Part shown: one piece after another, positions 1-10,256 of the stretch
Layout of the letters: each line of letters begins with the position of its first letter
Position numbering within the stretch: position 1 is the stretch's first letter
Source: Anaerolineales bacterium
Lineage (GTDB): Bacteria > Chloroflexota > Anaerolineae > Anaerolineales > E44-bin32
Direction of reading: 5' to 3'
DNA: 64,000 nucleotides
NCBI GenBank assembly: GCA_034430595.1
Contig: DAOUEL010000011.1
Coordinates: forward strand, 68,463 to 132,462
The notes under the pieces: model-generated
The model's input: the letters and a program-made list of their open reading frames with translations, nothing else
Database searches by the model: none
Told to the model about the DNA's origin: nothing
Position numbers and translations under genes: made by a program

Positions 1-876
1 GAAGCTGACCATCTTTTGGCGATTGCAGGGTTCACCATCGCACTGGACCTCGGAAGGATTTTGCATTTCAAAGGTAGCCTGTGCAGCCCGAAAGCTAACA
101 ACGCCGTCCGCGTCCACCAACCTGCCCGTGAATATCTGGGCAACACGCAGCAGGGCATCACTTAATGTATCACCGCCAATCAACCAGAAATCCAGCAGGC
201 CATCATCCACCTTGGCCTGCGGTGCCAGATCAACCAACCCACCGGCATAAGCCGGGATGTTGCTCGCAACCGCGATCAGGAAACGTCCCTCCCAACTGCG
301 GTCTCCCGATCTAGCGACAAGATCAATTCCTTTCCAGCCGGTAGCATTCCACAGTGCCAGGGTTGCGTAATGTATCGCGCCGAAGGCTTTTTCCCAGCGC
401 TCACGGGGTTCGATGCTGTTTACGATATGCGCATCCAGTCCAACTCCGGCCCAGAGCATGAAATGCTTGTCGTTGCACACCCCTAAATCTACGAGACGTT
501 CCTTGCCAGCGGCCAGCCGTTCTGCAGCTTGTTCGAGTGCGAACCAATGGATCCAATCCAGTCGAGGCAGGCCAAGTTCCTGAGCCCAGACGTTCGCCGT
601 CCCGGCCGGCAGCACGCCCAACGCCGTTTCAGTGCCGGCCAGTACGGAAGCGACCTGCCCGACCGATCCGTCGCCCCCTACGACAAAGACCGCGCCTGCT
701 TTCGCCTCCACTGCTGCGCGAGCTGCCTCCGCAACCGGCCAGGGTTCCTTGCTGATTTTGAGGTGGACATTCCAACCTGCACGCCGCAGCACATCGGCCG
801 CTCTTCCAAGCAGCGGTTCCGCCGGGAAGCGGCCGGCGGCGGGATTATAGATCATCCAGGCAGTTTTCTCATCCAT
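1..876 (-). CDS. Diacylglycerol-kinase-family lipid kinase (YegS/BmrU-like); 3' end cut by window edge
   Basis: Absent from the ORF track because it runs off the window. My own reverse-strand translation from ATG at 876 gives MDEKTAWMIYNPAAGRFP. From 690 downward it reads VFVVGGDGSVGQVASVLAGTETALGVLPAGTANVW, which matches the DAGK catalytic-domain signatures GGDG[ST] and LGxxPxGTxN. The frame stays open to position 1. Confidence 0.8.
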   Translation of the reverse strand, partial: MDEKTAWMIYNPAAGRFPAEPLLGRAADVLRRAGWNVHLKISKEPWPVAEAARAAVEAKAGAVFVVGGDGSVGQVASVLAGTETALGVLPAGTANVWAQELGLPRLDWIHWFALEQAAERLAAGKERLVDLGVCNDKHFMLWAGVGLDAHIVNSIEPRERWEKAFGAIHYATLALWNATGWKGIDLVARSGDRSWEGRFLIAVASNIPAYAGGLVDLAPQAKVDDGLLDFWLIGGDTLSDALLRVAQIFTGRLVDADGVVSFRAAQATFEMQNPSEVQCDGEPCNRQKMVSF

Positions 877-945
877 ATCGAGGGGCACATTATAGCCCAG
901 CTGGTTTGATTGCTACTCCAACCAGTTGAGATTAAAATCACGGGT

Positions 946-1992
946 ATGGAAAATCCACGAACGACCCTTCTTGGGGGCCGCTTTCAAATCATCGAACGTC
1001 TCGGCCAGGGGGGAATGGCCTCCGTGTACCGAGCACGCGATCTCAACCTTCAGCGCGATGTCGCTTTGAAAATCTTGCGTGATTCCTTTATCACGGAACC
1101 GGGCTTTCGAGAACGGTTCCTGCAGGAAGCTCGTGCAGCAGCAAATCTCTCTCACCCGAATATTGTCACGGTTTATGATTTTGGCCAGGATAGGGATCAG
1201 CTCTACCTTGTTATGGAGTATGTGCCAGGAACGGATTTAAAGACGCTTTTACGCCGGCAGGGCCGGCTGCCGATGCTCGAAGCCGTTGAATTGATGATCA
1301 AGATCTGCAGTGGGGTTGGCTATGCGCACAGAGCCGGGCTGGTTCACTGCGACCTGAAACCCCAAAACATCCTGGTCACAACCGACCACCAGGCAAAAAT
1401 CACGGATTTCGGCATTGCTCGCGCGCTGGCAGCGATCGACCCGGAAGAACACAGCACCGTCGTTTGGGGCAGCCCGCTGTACTTCGCCCCAGAACAGGCC
1501 AGCGGCGGTCCTCCATCAACGGCCAGCGACGTCTATTCTCTCGGAGTCATCTTGTTCGAGATGCTTACTGGCCAACCGCCGTTCCAGGCAGAGGATGCTC
1601 AAACTTTGGCTGAGCTGCACCTGACTCGCAACCCACCCTCACCGAGCACGATCAACCCGGAAATACCCCCAACGCTGGAGGAGATCCTGCTCAAGGTCCT
1701 CAGCAAAGAACCAGCAAACCGCTATCGCACAGCGGATCAATTTGGCCGCATTCTGCGGCGATTTGCTGCACCCGAAGTTGACCAGGCTGGAGCGGAACTC
1801 CCTCCGGCTGCTCCCCTCGAGGAGCACTCCCGGTCAAATGCTCATACCATGGCAATGGATACACCCACCAGCAGCGATGTTGATTGGACGGCCATCATGC
1901 TGGGACTGCTCGCGTTTCTCGCCCTCGGTGGTCTGATCCCGCTCTGGCTTTGGGTATGCCTGCTTTATCCATCCTGCCCTATCAACCCGTAG
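946..1992 (+). CDS. Hanks-type Ser/Thr protein kinase with C-terminal membrane anchor
   Basis: ORF 910..1992. Motifs: G-loop GQGGMASVY, VALK lysine, catalytic loop HRAGLVHCDLKPQNIL, ITDFG, SPLYFAPE. C-terminal hydrophobic helix IMLGLLAFLALGGLIPLWLWVCLL. ATG 946 (MENPR) preferred over TTG 910. Confidence 0.9.
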   Translation: MENPRTTLLGGRFQIIERLGQGGMASVYRARDLNLQRDVALKILRDSFITEPGFRERFLQEARAAANLSHPNIVTVYDFGQDRDQLYLVMEYVPGTDLKTLLRRQGRLPMLEAVELMIKICSGVGYAHRAGLVHCDLKPQNILVTTDHQAKITDFGIARALAAIDPEEHSTVVWGSPLYFAPEQASGGPPSTASDVYSLGVILFEMLTGQPPFQAEDAQTLAELHLTRNPPSPSTINPEIPPTLEEILLKVLSKEPANRYRTADQFGRILRRFAAPEVDQAGAELPPAAPLEEHSRSNAHTMAMDTPTSSDVDWTAIMLGLLAFLALGGLIPLWLWVCLLYPSCPINP

Positions 1993-2091
1993 ATTACCGA
2001 TTTACTGGTCGCCCCCCAACCAGCGCGGTATAATCCCGAAGTACGTCTTAACCAAACCGATTATTTGTAACTTGTGATGTAGGAGGTGTAG

Positions 2092-3957
2092 GTGAATTCA
2101 CCGCGAGGCAGAAACTCGCTGGTCTTGGTCATTCTGATCATGGTTGTCGCGGTGCTGATCTACCAATTCCGCAGCGGCTCAACCCAGCCTGAAAGGCTGC
2201 CGTTCAATGAAGCTGCAGCGAAAATCAGGTCCGGTGAAATCGTGCGTGTTGTCGTCGACGACAATGAACTTGAGCTCATCTTCGAAGATGGAACGAGCGC
2301 ATTCTCCCGCAAAGAACCGACCAAAACTACGGTAGAACAGCTGAAAGACCTGGGCGTCTCAGAACAAGACCTGGCCGCGTCGAACATCGCCCTTGAGATC
2401 AAGGAACCAAGCGACTTAGGCACCGTCATCAGCCTGGTCACGTACATCCTGCCGGCCTTGCTCGTCGTCGGCTTGATCTGGCTGATGCTGCGCCAGGCCC
2501 AGGGCAGTAACAACCAGGCGCTCTCTTTCGGGAAGAGCCGGGCGCGGTTGTTTGCCGGTGACCAACCAACTGTAACGTTCGACGATGTCGCTGGAGTAGA
2601 AGAAGCGAAGGAAGAGCTTCAAGAGGTCGTCGAGTTCCTTAAAGAACCTGATAAATTCATCACCCTCGGAGCTCGAATTCCGAAAGGTGTGCTGCTGATC
2701 GGCCAACCTGGCACGGGTAAGACACTCATGGCGAAGGCAGTATCCGGTGAGGCCGGGGTACCTTTCTTCTCGATCTCCGGTTCGGAGTTCGTAGAGATGT
2801 TCGTTGGCGTCGGTGCTAGCCGCGTGCGCGATCTGTTCGACCAGGCCAAGCGCCACTCGCCATGCATCGTTTTCGTCGATGAGATTGACGCTGTTGGACG
2901 CCAGCGAGGTGCAGGTCTTGGCGGTAGCCATGACGAACGCGAGCAAACTCTGAACCAGATGCTGGTCGAGATGGATGGCTTCGATACCGATACGAACGTG
3001 ATTATCATGGCCGCCACAAACCGGCCCGACATCCTCGACCCGGCCCTACTGCGGCCGGGCCGGTTCGACCGGCGGGTGGTACTCGATCGGCCCGATATGC
3101 GCGGCCGTGAGGCAATTTTACAGGTGCATGTTAAAGGCAAGCCGCTCGAGGATACGGTCGACCTATCCGTGATCGCGAAATCGACCCCTGGCTTTGTTGG
3201 AGCTGATCTCGAGAACCTGGTCAATGAAGCGGCAATCCTCGCCGCCCGGCGTAATAAGCGCACCATCGGTCAGGATGAATTCGAGGAATCAGTCGAGCGC
3301 GTCATCGCTGGCCCTGAACGCAAGAGCCGCCTGATCAGTGAGGAAGAGAAGAAGATCGTAGCCTACCATGAGGCTGGACATGCCGTTGTGGGTCATGTAA
3401 TACCCGAGGCAGATCCGGTTCACAAAGTAAGCATCATCGCCCGGGGCATGATGGGTGGTTATACGCTGGCACTGCCGGAAGAAGACCGCACGCTTGTTGC
3501 CCGCAACAAGCTGCGTGGAGATCTGGCTTTCATGCTCGGCGGTCGGGCTTCCGAAGAGCTGGTGTTCAACGACATCACCTCCGGCGCCTCGAACGATCTC
3601 GAACGCGTCACGAAAATCGCACGCTCCATGGTCACCCGTTTGGGCATGAGCGACGAGCTTGGTCCCATGGTCTACGGCCAGAAGGAAGAATTGATCTTCC
3701 TTGGGCGTGAGATCTCTGAGCAGCGCGATTACTCCGAGAGTATTGCCGAGAAGATTGATGATGAGGTTCGCAACCTGGTGCAGGAAGCCTACGCGCGGGC
3801 GAAGGAAATCCTCAAGAAGTACCGTCCGCAGCTCGATGCGATCGCCAATCGCCTGATCGAGATCGAAACGATCGACAAGGACGAGTTCATACGACTCTTC
3901 GACCAGCCGGTGCCGGATAAGAACGGCGGCACGCCTGTGCTGGCGGGATCGTCCTGA
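2092..3957 (+). CDS. ftsH: ATP-dependent zinc metalloprotease FtsH
   Basis: N-terminal TM helices, Walker A GQPGTGKT, Walker B IVFVDEID, zinc site [13 protein letters not shown] start preceded by GGAGG. Confidence 0.97.
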   Translation: MNSPRGRNSLVLVILIMVVAVLIYQFRSGSTQPERLPFNEAAAKIRSGEIVRVVVDDNELELIFEDGTSAFSRKEPTKTTVEQLKDLGVSEQDLAASNIALEIKEPSDLGTVISLVTYILPALLVVGLIWLMLRQAQGSNNQALSFGKSRARLFAGDQPTVTFDDVAGVEEAKEELQEVVEFLKEPDKFITLGARIPKGVLLIGQPGTGKTLMAKAVSGEAGVPFFSISGSEFVEMFVGVGASRVRDLFDQAKRHSPCIVFVDEIDAVGRQRGAGLGGSHDEREQTLNQMLVEMDGFDTDTNVIIMAATNRPDILDPALLRPGRFDRRVVLDRPDMRGREAILQVHVKGKPLEDTVDLSVIAKSTPGFVGADLENLVNEAAILAARRNKRTIGQDEFEESVERVIAGPERKSRLISEEEKKIVAYHEAGHAVVGHVIPEADPVHKVSIIARGMMGGYTLALPEEDRTLVARNKLRGDLAFMLGGRASEELVFNDITSGASNDLERVTKIARSMVTRLGMSDELGPMVYGQKEELIFLGREISEQRDYSESIAEKIDDEVRNLVQEAYARAKEILKKYRPQLDAIANRLIEIETIDKDEFIRLFDQPVPDKNGGTPVLAGSS

Positions 3958-3971
3958 AGTACCCGAGAAAC

Positions 3972-4005
3972 AAAAAGGCCGTCCGGTTGACCGGACGGCC
4001 TTTTT
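3972..4005. terminator. Bidirectional rho-independent terminator between convergent ftsH and the acyl-CoA ligase gene
   Basis: AAAAA-GGCCGTCCGG-TTGA-CCGGACGGCC-TTTTT: perfect 10-bp GC stem flanked by an A-tract and a T-tract. Confidence 0.85.
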
Positions 4006-4017
4006 CCTTTCGGAGTG

Positions 4018-5709
4018 CTACGAGCCGGGGGTCTCCTGCTCGCGGTCCTGCCGTACCAGCTCCCGCCGCAGCACCTTGCCGACGGTCGTCTTCGGAAGTT
4101 CCGACCGGAATTCGATCTGGGTCGGGACCTTGAAGGGTGCCATTCTTTCCTTGCACCATGCCTTGATCTCATCCTCCGAGACCGTTTCGCCCGGTTTAAG
4201 GACGACCCAAGCCTTAACCGTCTCACCACGATAGGCATCCGGCACACCCGCGACACCAACCTCGAGAACCTTCGGATTCTCGGCAATGACCTCCTCGACT
4301 TCGCGCGGCCATACCTGATAACCGCTGGGCTTAATCAGCTCCTTCTTCCGGTCAACGATGTAAAAGAAGCCATCCTCGTCCATTCGGGCAATATCGCCGG
4401 TATAGAGCCAGCCTTCGCGTAAGGTGTTTGCAGTCTCGGTCGGCATATTGTGGTAGCCGCGCATGACCTGTGGGCCTTTGACAACCAGCTCGCCGATCTC
4501 ACCCACCCCCAGCGGCGTCGTCTCGTCATCGAGCGAGATGATGCGCGCATCAACATCTGGAAGTGGCAGGCCGATCGAGCCCTCCTTGCTCATGCCGGAG
4601 AGTGGATTGCAGTGTGTTGCGGTTGGTGCTTCAGACAGGCCGTATCCCTCGACGAGTTTGCCCCCGGTGAGTTTCTCAAAAGTGACTTTAGTCTCACGCA
4701 TCAAGGGCGCCGAGCCCGATATGCATCCACGAATTGAACTGACATCAACTTTGCCGGCCTTGACATCCGGGTGGTTGTTGATGGCGTTGTACATAGTAGG
4801 TACACCGGGATAAATCGTAGGGCGATACTTGGCGATAGATTGGAGTACATCATCCATATCGCGCGGGTTAGGAACCATGACCAGCGCGGCGGCCGCACCA
4901 ATCCCGAAGCTCATCCCCGCCACCAATCCATACACGTGGAACATCGGGATGGCCATCAAGACAATCTCTTTGCCGCGCACGAGGTCCGGCATGAACGATT
5001 GGATCTGAAATGTATTTGCGACAAGATTGCGGTGCAGAGCGATCGCTGCCTTTGAAATGCCAGTCGTTCCGCCGCTATATTGGTAGAGAGCGTCGTCATC
5101 TGGCCCTATGTCGACTTTCGGCCTCTGCTCCCGGGTGTATTTCTTGAGCACATCCTGCAGCCACAGGTCGCCCGGCTTCAGCTCCGCATAATGTCCCTCT
5201 TTTTTCTCCTTCAACAGCGTAAAAAGGATCCGCAGCATCGGTGGCAGGTATTCCTTGATATTCGTAACGATGAGGGTCTTCAGCGGAGTTTTCGGCTGAA
5301 CCTCCTTGACCAGGTTGTAGAAATTGCTCATCACGAGCATGATCTCGGCGCCTGAATCGTTCATTTGATGTTCGATTTCACGGCCGGTGTAAAGCGGATT
5401 GGTCGCGACGACAATTCCACCCGCCTTGAGAATGGCGTAGAAGGCCATCACAAATTGGGGCGAGTTTGGCATGAAAATCGCGACTGGCGTTCCCTTCCGA
5501 ACGCCTAGATCGGCCAGGGCGGCTGCCAGACGGTCCGTGAGCTCATCCATCTGGGCATAGGTTAATTTGGCGCCTTTAAAAATGGTGCAGGGGTTATTCG
5601 GGAATTCTTGGGCTGAGTCTTCGAGCAACCGATACAGTGGTACCTCAGGATAATCAATCGTTGTTGGAACCCCTTCATCGTAGTGCTTGAGCCACGGTCG
5701 GTCACTCAT
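4018..5709 (-). CDS. Long-chain fatty acid--CoA ligase (AMP-binding/ANL superfamily, FadD-like)
   Basis: AMP-binding signature YSGGTTGISKAA, GYGLSE, TGDIARMDEDGFFYIVDRKKELIK. AAAGGAG RBS upstream of ATG 5709. Confidence 0.9.
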   Translation of the reverse strand: MSDRPWLKHYDEGVPTTIDYPEVPLYRLLEDSAQEFPNNPCTIFKGAKLTYAQMDELTDRLAAALADLGVRKGTPVAIFMPNSPQFVMAFYAILKAGGIVVATNPLYTGREIEHQMNDSGAEIMLVMSNFYNLVKEVQPKTPLKTLIVTNIKEYLPPMLRILFTLLKEKKEGHYAELKPGDLWLQDVLKKYTREQRPKVDIGPDDDALYQYSGGTTGISKAAIALHRNLVANTFQIQSFMPDLVRGKEIVLMAIPMFHVYGLVAGMSFGIGAAAALVMVPNPRDMDDVLQSIAKYRPTIYPGVPTMYNAINNHPDVKAGKVDVSSIRGCISGSAPLMRETKVTFEKLTGGKLVEGYGLSEAPTATHCNPLSGMSKEGSIGLPLPDVDARIISLDDETTPLGVGEIGELVVKGPQVMRGYHNMPTETANTLREGWLYTGDIARMDEDGFFYIVDRKKELIKPSGYQVWPREVEEVIAENPKVLEVGVAGVPDAYRGETVKAWVVLKPGETVSEDEIKAWCKERMAPFKVPTQIEFRSELPKTTVGKVLRRELVRQDREQETPGS

Positions 5710-5795
5710 AGCAGCAGTTCTCCTTTGTGCTCACTGGACGGAAAGGAATCTCAACCTCTTTATACAACGGAATATAGGCTTGAGCAAAGCGCGAA

Positions 5796-5804
5796 TGATA
5801 TAAT
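5796..5804 (+). promoter_or_regulatory. Candidate extended -10 promoter element (TGaTATAAT) for the aminotransferase gene
   Basis: The sequence tgatataat lies in the 248-bp divergent intergenic region, about 150 nt upstream of ATG 5958. No convincing -35 element. Confidence 0.35.
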
Positions 5805-5957
5805 TGGAGCCTGGATGCGGTCCGGTGCAAGTGCCTTGAGGAGCGTAATAAAACCCTTTCGGGATGGCTACGCGCAAACCGCATTTGCTGATGTTTTCAA
5901 ACCGCTCCTCAGGCCAGGAAATCGAGAACAGCTCGCATTGCAGGAGGCTCATTCCCT

Positions 5958-7283
5958 ATGGAACCGCGCAACGTGCCGGGTGAGAAAGCCCGTGCGTTCC
6001 TCGCTCGAGACCGCGCTGTGGTCTCACCGTCGTACCCGCGCGCTTATCCCTTCATGATGGATCACGGCCTTGGCTCGGAGGTGTGGGACGTCGATGGCAA
6101 TCGCTACGTCGACTTTGCCGCCGGGATTGCCGTGAATTCGACCGGTCATTCCCATCCGAAGGTGGTCGAAGCGATCAAGGAGCAGGCCGAACGGTTCATC
6201 CACATCTCCTCCGATTTCTATCATCCGGTTTGGATCGAGTTCTCAGAAAAGCTGGCAAAGACTGCCCCGTTCAGCGAGCCAGCACGAATTTTCCTGGGTA
6301 ATTCCGGCACAGAAGCCGTGGAAGCGGCCATCAAGCTTGCTCGCTACCACACCGGCCGGCAGCAGTTCATCGGCTTCTACGGTGGATTCCATGGCCGTAC
6401 CATGGGCTCGCTCTCCTTCACCGCGAGCAAGAATCTGTACCGTCACCGCTTCCTGCCGCTGATGGCCGGCGTCACCCATGTGCCCTATCCAGACGAATAT
6501 CGGCCGGTGCTGATTCAGCGCGGCAAAGACTATGGTGAAACCATCGTCCGTTACATTGAGGACGTGGTCCTGACTAGGGCCGTCCCACCTGAAGATACCG
6601 CGGGGATTTTGATCGAACCGATCCTCGGTGAAGGCGGGTACGTCGTCCCTCCGAAGAGCTTCTTCCCGGCGCTGCGTGCACTTTGCGACAAGTACGGCAT
6701 CATGCTCATCGTTGATGAAGTCCAATCCGGCGTGGGCAGGACCGGTAAATGGTGGGCGATCGAGCACTGGGGTGTTGAACCGGATATCGTAACCTTCGCG
6801 AAGGGCATCGCTTCCGGCATCCCCTTGGGCGGCATCCTGGCCCGCCAGAGCGTGATGGACTGGCCCGCTGGCGCACACGGGAATACCTTTGGAGGCAACC
6901 CGATTGCCTGCCGGGCTGGCATCGCAACGCTCGATTTGATCGGGAACGGCATGATGCAGAATGCAGCGGAAATGGGCGAATACATGCTCGACGCGCTGCA
7001 GGAAATCCAGGTCCGACACCCAACCATCGGGCAAGTACGCGGGAAGGGCTTGATGATCGGCCTCGAGCTGGTCAAGGATCGGGACACGAAAGAGCCAGCA
7101 AAGCAGCTGCGAGAACGAGTGATTCAGTCTTCCTTCGAACATGGCTTGATCACGCTCGGCAGCGGCCAGAGCGCGATTCGATTCGCGCCACCCTTGAATA
7201 TCACCCGCAACCTAGTCGACGAAGGGCTGGGTATTTTCGAGACTGCCCTGACCGAAGCAGAGAGCAAACGTCAGACCGATTGA
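5958..7283 (+). CDS. Class-III PLP-dependent aminotransferase (acetylornithine/4-aminobutyrate aminotransferase family)
   Basis: GNSGTEAVEAAIKLAR, DEVQSGVGRTGKWW, and TFAKGIASG (Schiff-base lysine region). GGAGG lies 10 nt upstream of the start. Confidence 0.9.
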   Translation: MEPRNVPGEKARAFLARDRAVVSPSYPRAYPFMMDHGLGSEVWDVDGNRYVDFAAGIAVNSTGHSHPKVVEAIKEQAERFIHISSDFYHPVWIEFSEKLAKTAPFSEPARIFLGNSGTEAVEAAIKLARYHTGRQQFIGFYGGFHGRTMGSLSFTASKNLYRHRFLPLMAGVTHVPYPDEYRPVLIQRGKDYGETIVRYIEDVVLTRAVPPEDTAGILIEPILGEGGYVVPPKSFFPALRALCDKYGIMLIVDEVQSGVGRTGKWWAIEHWGVEPDIVTFAKGIASGIPLGGILARQSVMDWPAGAHGNTFGGNPIACRAGIATLDLIGNGMMQNAAEMGEYMLDALQEIQVRHPTIGQVRGKGLMIGLELVKDRDTKEPAKQLRERVIQSSFEHGLITLGSGQSAIRFAPPLNITRNLVDEGLGIFETALTEAESKRQTD

Positions 7284-8854
7284 TGCTGCCTGATTTTAGA
7301 GTTCGCCAGCGAGACTACCTGCTCGAAATCAATCGAGCAATCACCGAGGAACTCGATCTTCAGCGTGTACTTGATCGGGTCGTTCGCATCTCCTGCGAAC
7401 TGCTGGGGGCGAATGCGAGCCTGATTGCACTGCGAGGCGAACCAGGGGGCTGGCGCATCGCCGCGACGTATGGCATCCACCACGAATTCCTGCAAAATCT
7501 CGAGCCGCTGCTTGGAGATATCCCCGATCACAACGACCCGGCCCGGTTCGAAATTCCCGAAGTGAGCCGCCGCCTGCGGCGCATTACGCAGTCGACGACG
7601 ATGGGCTTGCTTACCGGTGTTGGCCTGCCGATGATCGCCCAGCGCGAAGTCGTCGGCGTGATTTTCGTCTTCCGCGCATATCGCGGCAGATTCTCGACTG
7701 AGGATCGCAACCTGCTTCAATCGTTTGCCTCTCAAGCAGCGATCGCTGCGCACAATGCAAAACTCTTCACTGCGATTAATCAGCAGCGCCAGAATCTCGA
7801 CGCAGTACTTGAGTCGGCGGCTGACGGCATCTTGATCCTGGACCCAGCCTATACGATCCAGCGGTTCAACCGGGCTTGCGCTCGAATTACAGGTTACAGC
7901 TTGCAGGAAGTGATCGGACAGCCTCACAGCTCAGTTATTCGCTGGCTGCGGCGCGAACCCGGGATGTCACTGGAGGAGGCCGAATCAGGCGGTTGGCCTC
8001 TCACACCCCAGGCGACGCTTTATGTTGAAGGCGATTTGATCACGAAGTCCGGAGGCGCGGTAAGCGTGGGGATTACGTACGCCCCAGCGCTATCCGATGA
8101 GGGTAAACTTCTAAGTATCGTGGCCACGCTGCGCGACATCACGAAGTTTCGCGAAGCAGAAGAACTAAAAAGCACCTTTATCTCGATCATCAGCCATGAA
8201 TTACGCACTCCGGTCGCGTTGATTAAGGGCTATGTTGGCACACTGCGGCGCGAGGACGCCGACTGGGATCGCGATGTGGTCGATGATAGCCTGGAGGTCA
8301 TCGAAGAAGAAACCGATCGTCTAGCTACTCTGATCGATGACCTGCTCGATGCCTCCCGCCTGCAGGCTGGGGCCTTATCGCTGACCCTCTCCGATGTTGC
8401 GCTCGATAAACTGGCCCAAAGGATGGCGGACCGCTTTTCCACGCAGACCGATATTCACCAGTTCGAGCTCGATTTCCCTCAGGATTTCCCGTGTGTCAAA
8501 GCGGATGAAAGCCGATTGATGCAGGTTCTTGGCAATCTGCTTTCGAATGCCGTTAAGTATTCCCCGGAGGGTGGTCCAATCACCATCAGCGGCCAAGCGT
8601 CAAAGGATGAGGTTACAATTTGTATCAAGGACGAAGGCCCGGGCATCGCCCTCGAAGACATGCCGCGTATTTTTAAACTCTTCTACCGATCGAATGATGC
8701 CGCCCGGCGAACGAAGGGTGCCGGACTAGGCTTGTTCCTGGCAAAAGCCGTAGTCGAAGCACACGGCGGACGGATCTGGGTCGATGACCGGGTCAAGGAT
8801 GGCGCCAGGATCTGCTTCTCACTACCCCGTATAGATTCCAAGGAAGGAAAATAA
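7283..8854 (+). CDS. Cytoplasmic GAF-PAS sensor histidine kinase (no adjacent response regulator)
   Basis: GAF-like N-terminus and a PAS region (ILILDPAYTIQRFNRACARITGY). H-box ISHELRTPV, N-box LLSNAVKYSPEGG, DEGPGI, GAGLGLFLAK. The start ATG overlaps the upstream stop (TGATG). Confidence 0.9.
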   Translation: MLPDFRVRQRDYLLEINRAITEELDLQRVLDRVVRISCELLGANASLIALRGEPGGWRIAATYGIHHEFLQNLEPLLGDIPDHNDPARFEIPEVSRRLRRITQSTTMGLLTGVGLPMIAQREVVGVIFVFRAYRGRFSTEDRNLLQSFASQAAIAAHNAKLFTAINQQRQNLDAVLESAADGILILDPAYTIQRFNRACARITGYSLQEVIGQPHSSVIRWLRREPGMSLEEAESGGWPLTPQATLYVEGDLITKSGGAVSVGITYAPALSDEGKLLSIVATLRDITKFREAEELKSTFISIISHELRTPVALIKGYVGTLRREDADWDRDVVDDSLEVIEEETDRLATLIDDLLDASRLQAGALSLTLSDVALDKLAQRMADRFSTQTDIHQFELDFPQDFPCVKADESRLMQVLGNLLSNAVKYSPEGGPITISGQASKDEVTICIKDEGPGIALEDMPRIFKLFYRSNDAARRTKGAGLGLFLAKAVVEAHGGRIWVDDRVKDGARICFSLPRIDSKEGK

Positions 8855-8860
8855 CACCAC

Positions 8861-10213
8861 ATGGTTTCAAATGCAGCTCAAATAGCCTGCCCGAACTGCG
8901 GAGCGCCGATACAGGCTAACATCCGCCAATTGGTGGATGTGGGACAAGATCCTTCATTAAAGGGACGCCTGCTATCTGGCTCTCTCAATCGTGCCCGTTG
9001 CAGTGTTTGCGGTTTCGATGGAGCAATCGCCACACCGCTTGTTTACCACGATCCTGAGCACGAATTACTGCTTACTTACGTGCCGGTCGAGATCAATCTG
9101 AAGAAAGATGAGCAGGAACGTTTGATTGGCCAGCTTATCAATCGCGTCATGGACCAGCTGCCGCCAGAGCAACGAAAAGCCTACCTGCTGCAGCCGCAAG
9201 CCGTCCTTACGATGCAGGGACTGGTTGATCGAGTCCTGAAGGAAGAAGGAATCTCCAAGGAGGAGATTGAAGCACAGCAGGCGAAGATGCGCCTGTTCGA
9301 AGAACTTCTTCGGGTTCCAGAGGATAGCGTAGCTCAATTCGTTAAAGAACACGACGAAGACCTCGATGCAGCGTTCTTCCAATTGATCAGTTTGACGCTT
9401 CAGGCGACGCGTGATCCACGAGCACAGGAAGCGATGGGCGGGCGGCTGCAGACGCTGCTTGAGGAAAGCAGCTTCGGGAAGCGCCTCCAGCAACAGGAGA
9501 ATGAACTCCAGGCTGCAACGGAAAGCCTGCGTGCGCTTTCGGAGGAAAAACTAACACGTGAATCGCTGCTGGATCTGTTCATCCATGCTCCAAGCGAGGA
9601 TCGCATCACTGCACTGACAAACCTGACCCGACCTGCGTTGGATTACGAATTCTTCGAAATGCTCACGAAACGGATTGAACAAGCCGAAGGAGATGAAAAA
9701 TCGCGCCTCGAGAAATTGCGCACACACGTTCTTGAGGTCACTGAGGAGATTGATAACATTCAAAAAGCACGGGCAGCACAATCGGCGTCACTTCTGAAGA
9801 CGATGCTCGAGGCTGAAAATACGGAAGAAGCAGTCCAGCAGGCGTTACCTCTGATCGATGAGCTTTTCCTTGGAACGCTTGAAGCAAATCTGCGAGTAGC
9901 CCGTGAGCGAAATGATCAGGAAATGTTGAGCCGTCTGGAGGCAATCAACCAGGTCATTCAAGATCAAATCAAGGCTTCGATGCCAGCCGGCCTGCAGTTT
10001 GCCCAGGAGCTCCTGGCGCTTTCATCTGAGGAAGAACGGACTGCTCTGCTTGAACAGCACCAGGACCGGGTCGACGATGACCTGCTCAACACGCTGATGA
10101 GCAGCGTGCAGCAGCTGGAGCAATCCGGGCAGCAGGCAGGTGCCGATGAACTCCGCAGGCTATACAAACAAGCCTTACGATTCAAGATGAAGACATCGAT
10201 GGGCGCGGCTTAG
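8861..10213 (+). CDS. CpXC-type zinc-ribbon domain protein with long helical C-terminal region
   Basis: N-terminus CPNCGAPI...(about 40 aa)...CSVCGF resembles a CpXC domain. The remaining ~370 aa is rich in E/L/Q and looks helical. It starts 6 nt after the kinase gene. Confidence 0.75.
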   Translation: MVSNAAQIACPNCGAPIQANIRQLVDVGQDPSLKGRLLSGSLNRARCSVCGFDGAIATPLVYHDPEHELLLTYVPVEINLKKDEQERLIGQLINRVMDQLPPEQRKAYLLQPQAVLTMQGLVDRVLKEEGISKEEIEAQQAKMRLFEELLRVPEDSVAQFVKEHDEDLDAAFFQLISLTLQATRDPRAQEAMGGRLQTLLEESSFGKRLQQQENELQAATESLRALSEEKLTRESLLDLFIHAPSEDRITALTNLTRPALDYEFFEMLTKRIEQAEGDEKSRLEKLRTHVLEVTEEIDNIQKARAAQSASLLKTMLEAENTEEAVQQALPLIDELFLGTLEANLRVARERNDQEMLSRLEAINQVIQDQIKASMPAGLQFAQELLALSSEEERTALLEQHQDRVDDDLLNTLMSSVQQLEQSGQQAGADELRRLYKQALRFKMKTSMGAA

Positions 10214-10227
10214 TTTGAATCGGGGTC

Positions 10228-10256
10228 AAAAAAGGAGCTCCCAGCTCCTTTTTTCT
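10228..10256. terminator. Bidirectional terminator between the CpXC gene and the rlmI-like gene
   Basis: AAAAAAGGAGCT-CCC-AGCTCCTTTTTT: 12-bp stem including the A/T tracts, placed between convergent stop codons. Confidence 0.8.

Noticed and set aside
2002-2034. TTACTG ... TATAAT, considered as the ftsH promoter.
   Set aside because: The -10 is perfect (2029..2034), but the best -35 candidate is 21 nt away, outside the usual 16-18 nt spacing. It is not reported as a feature.
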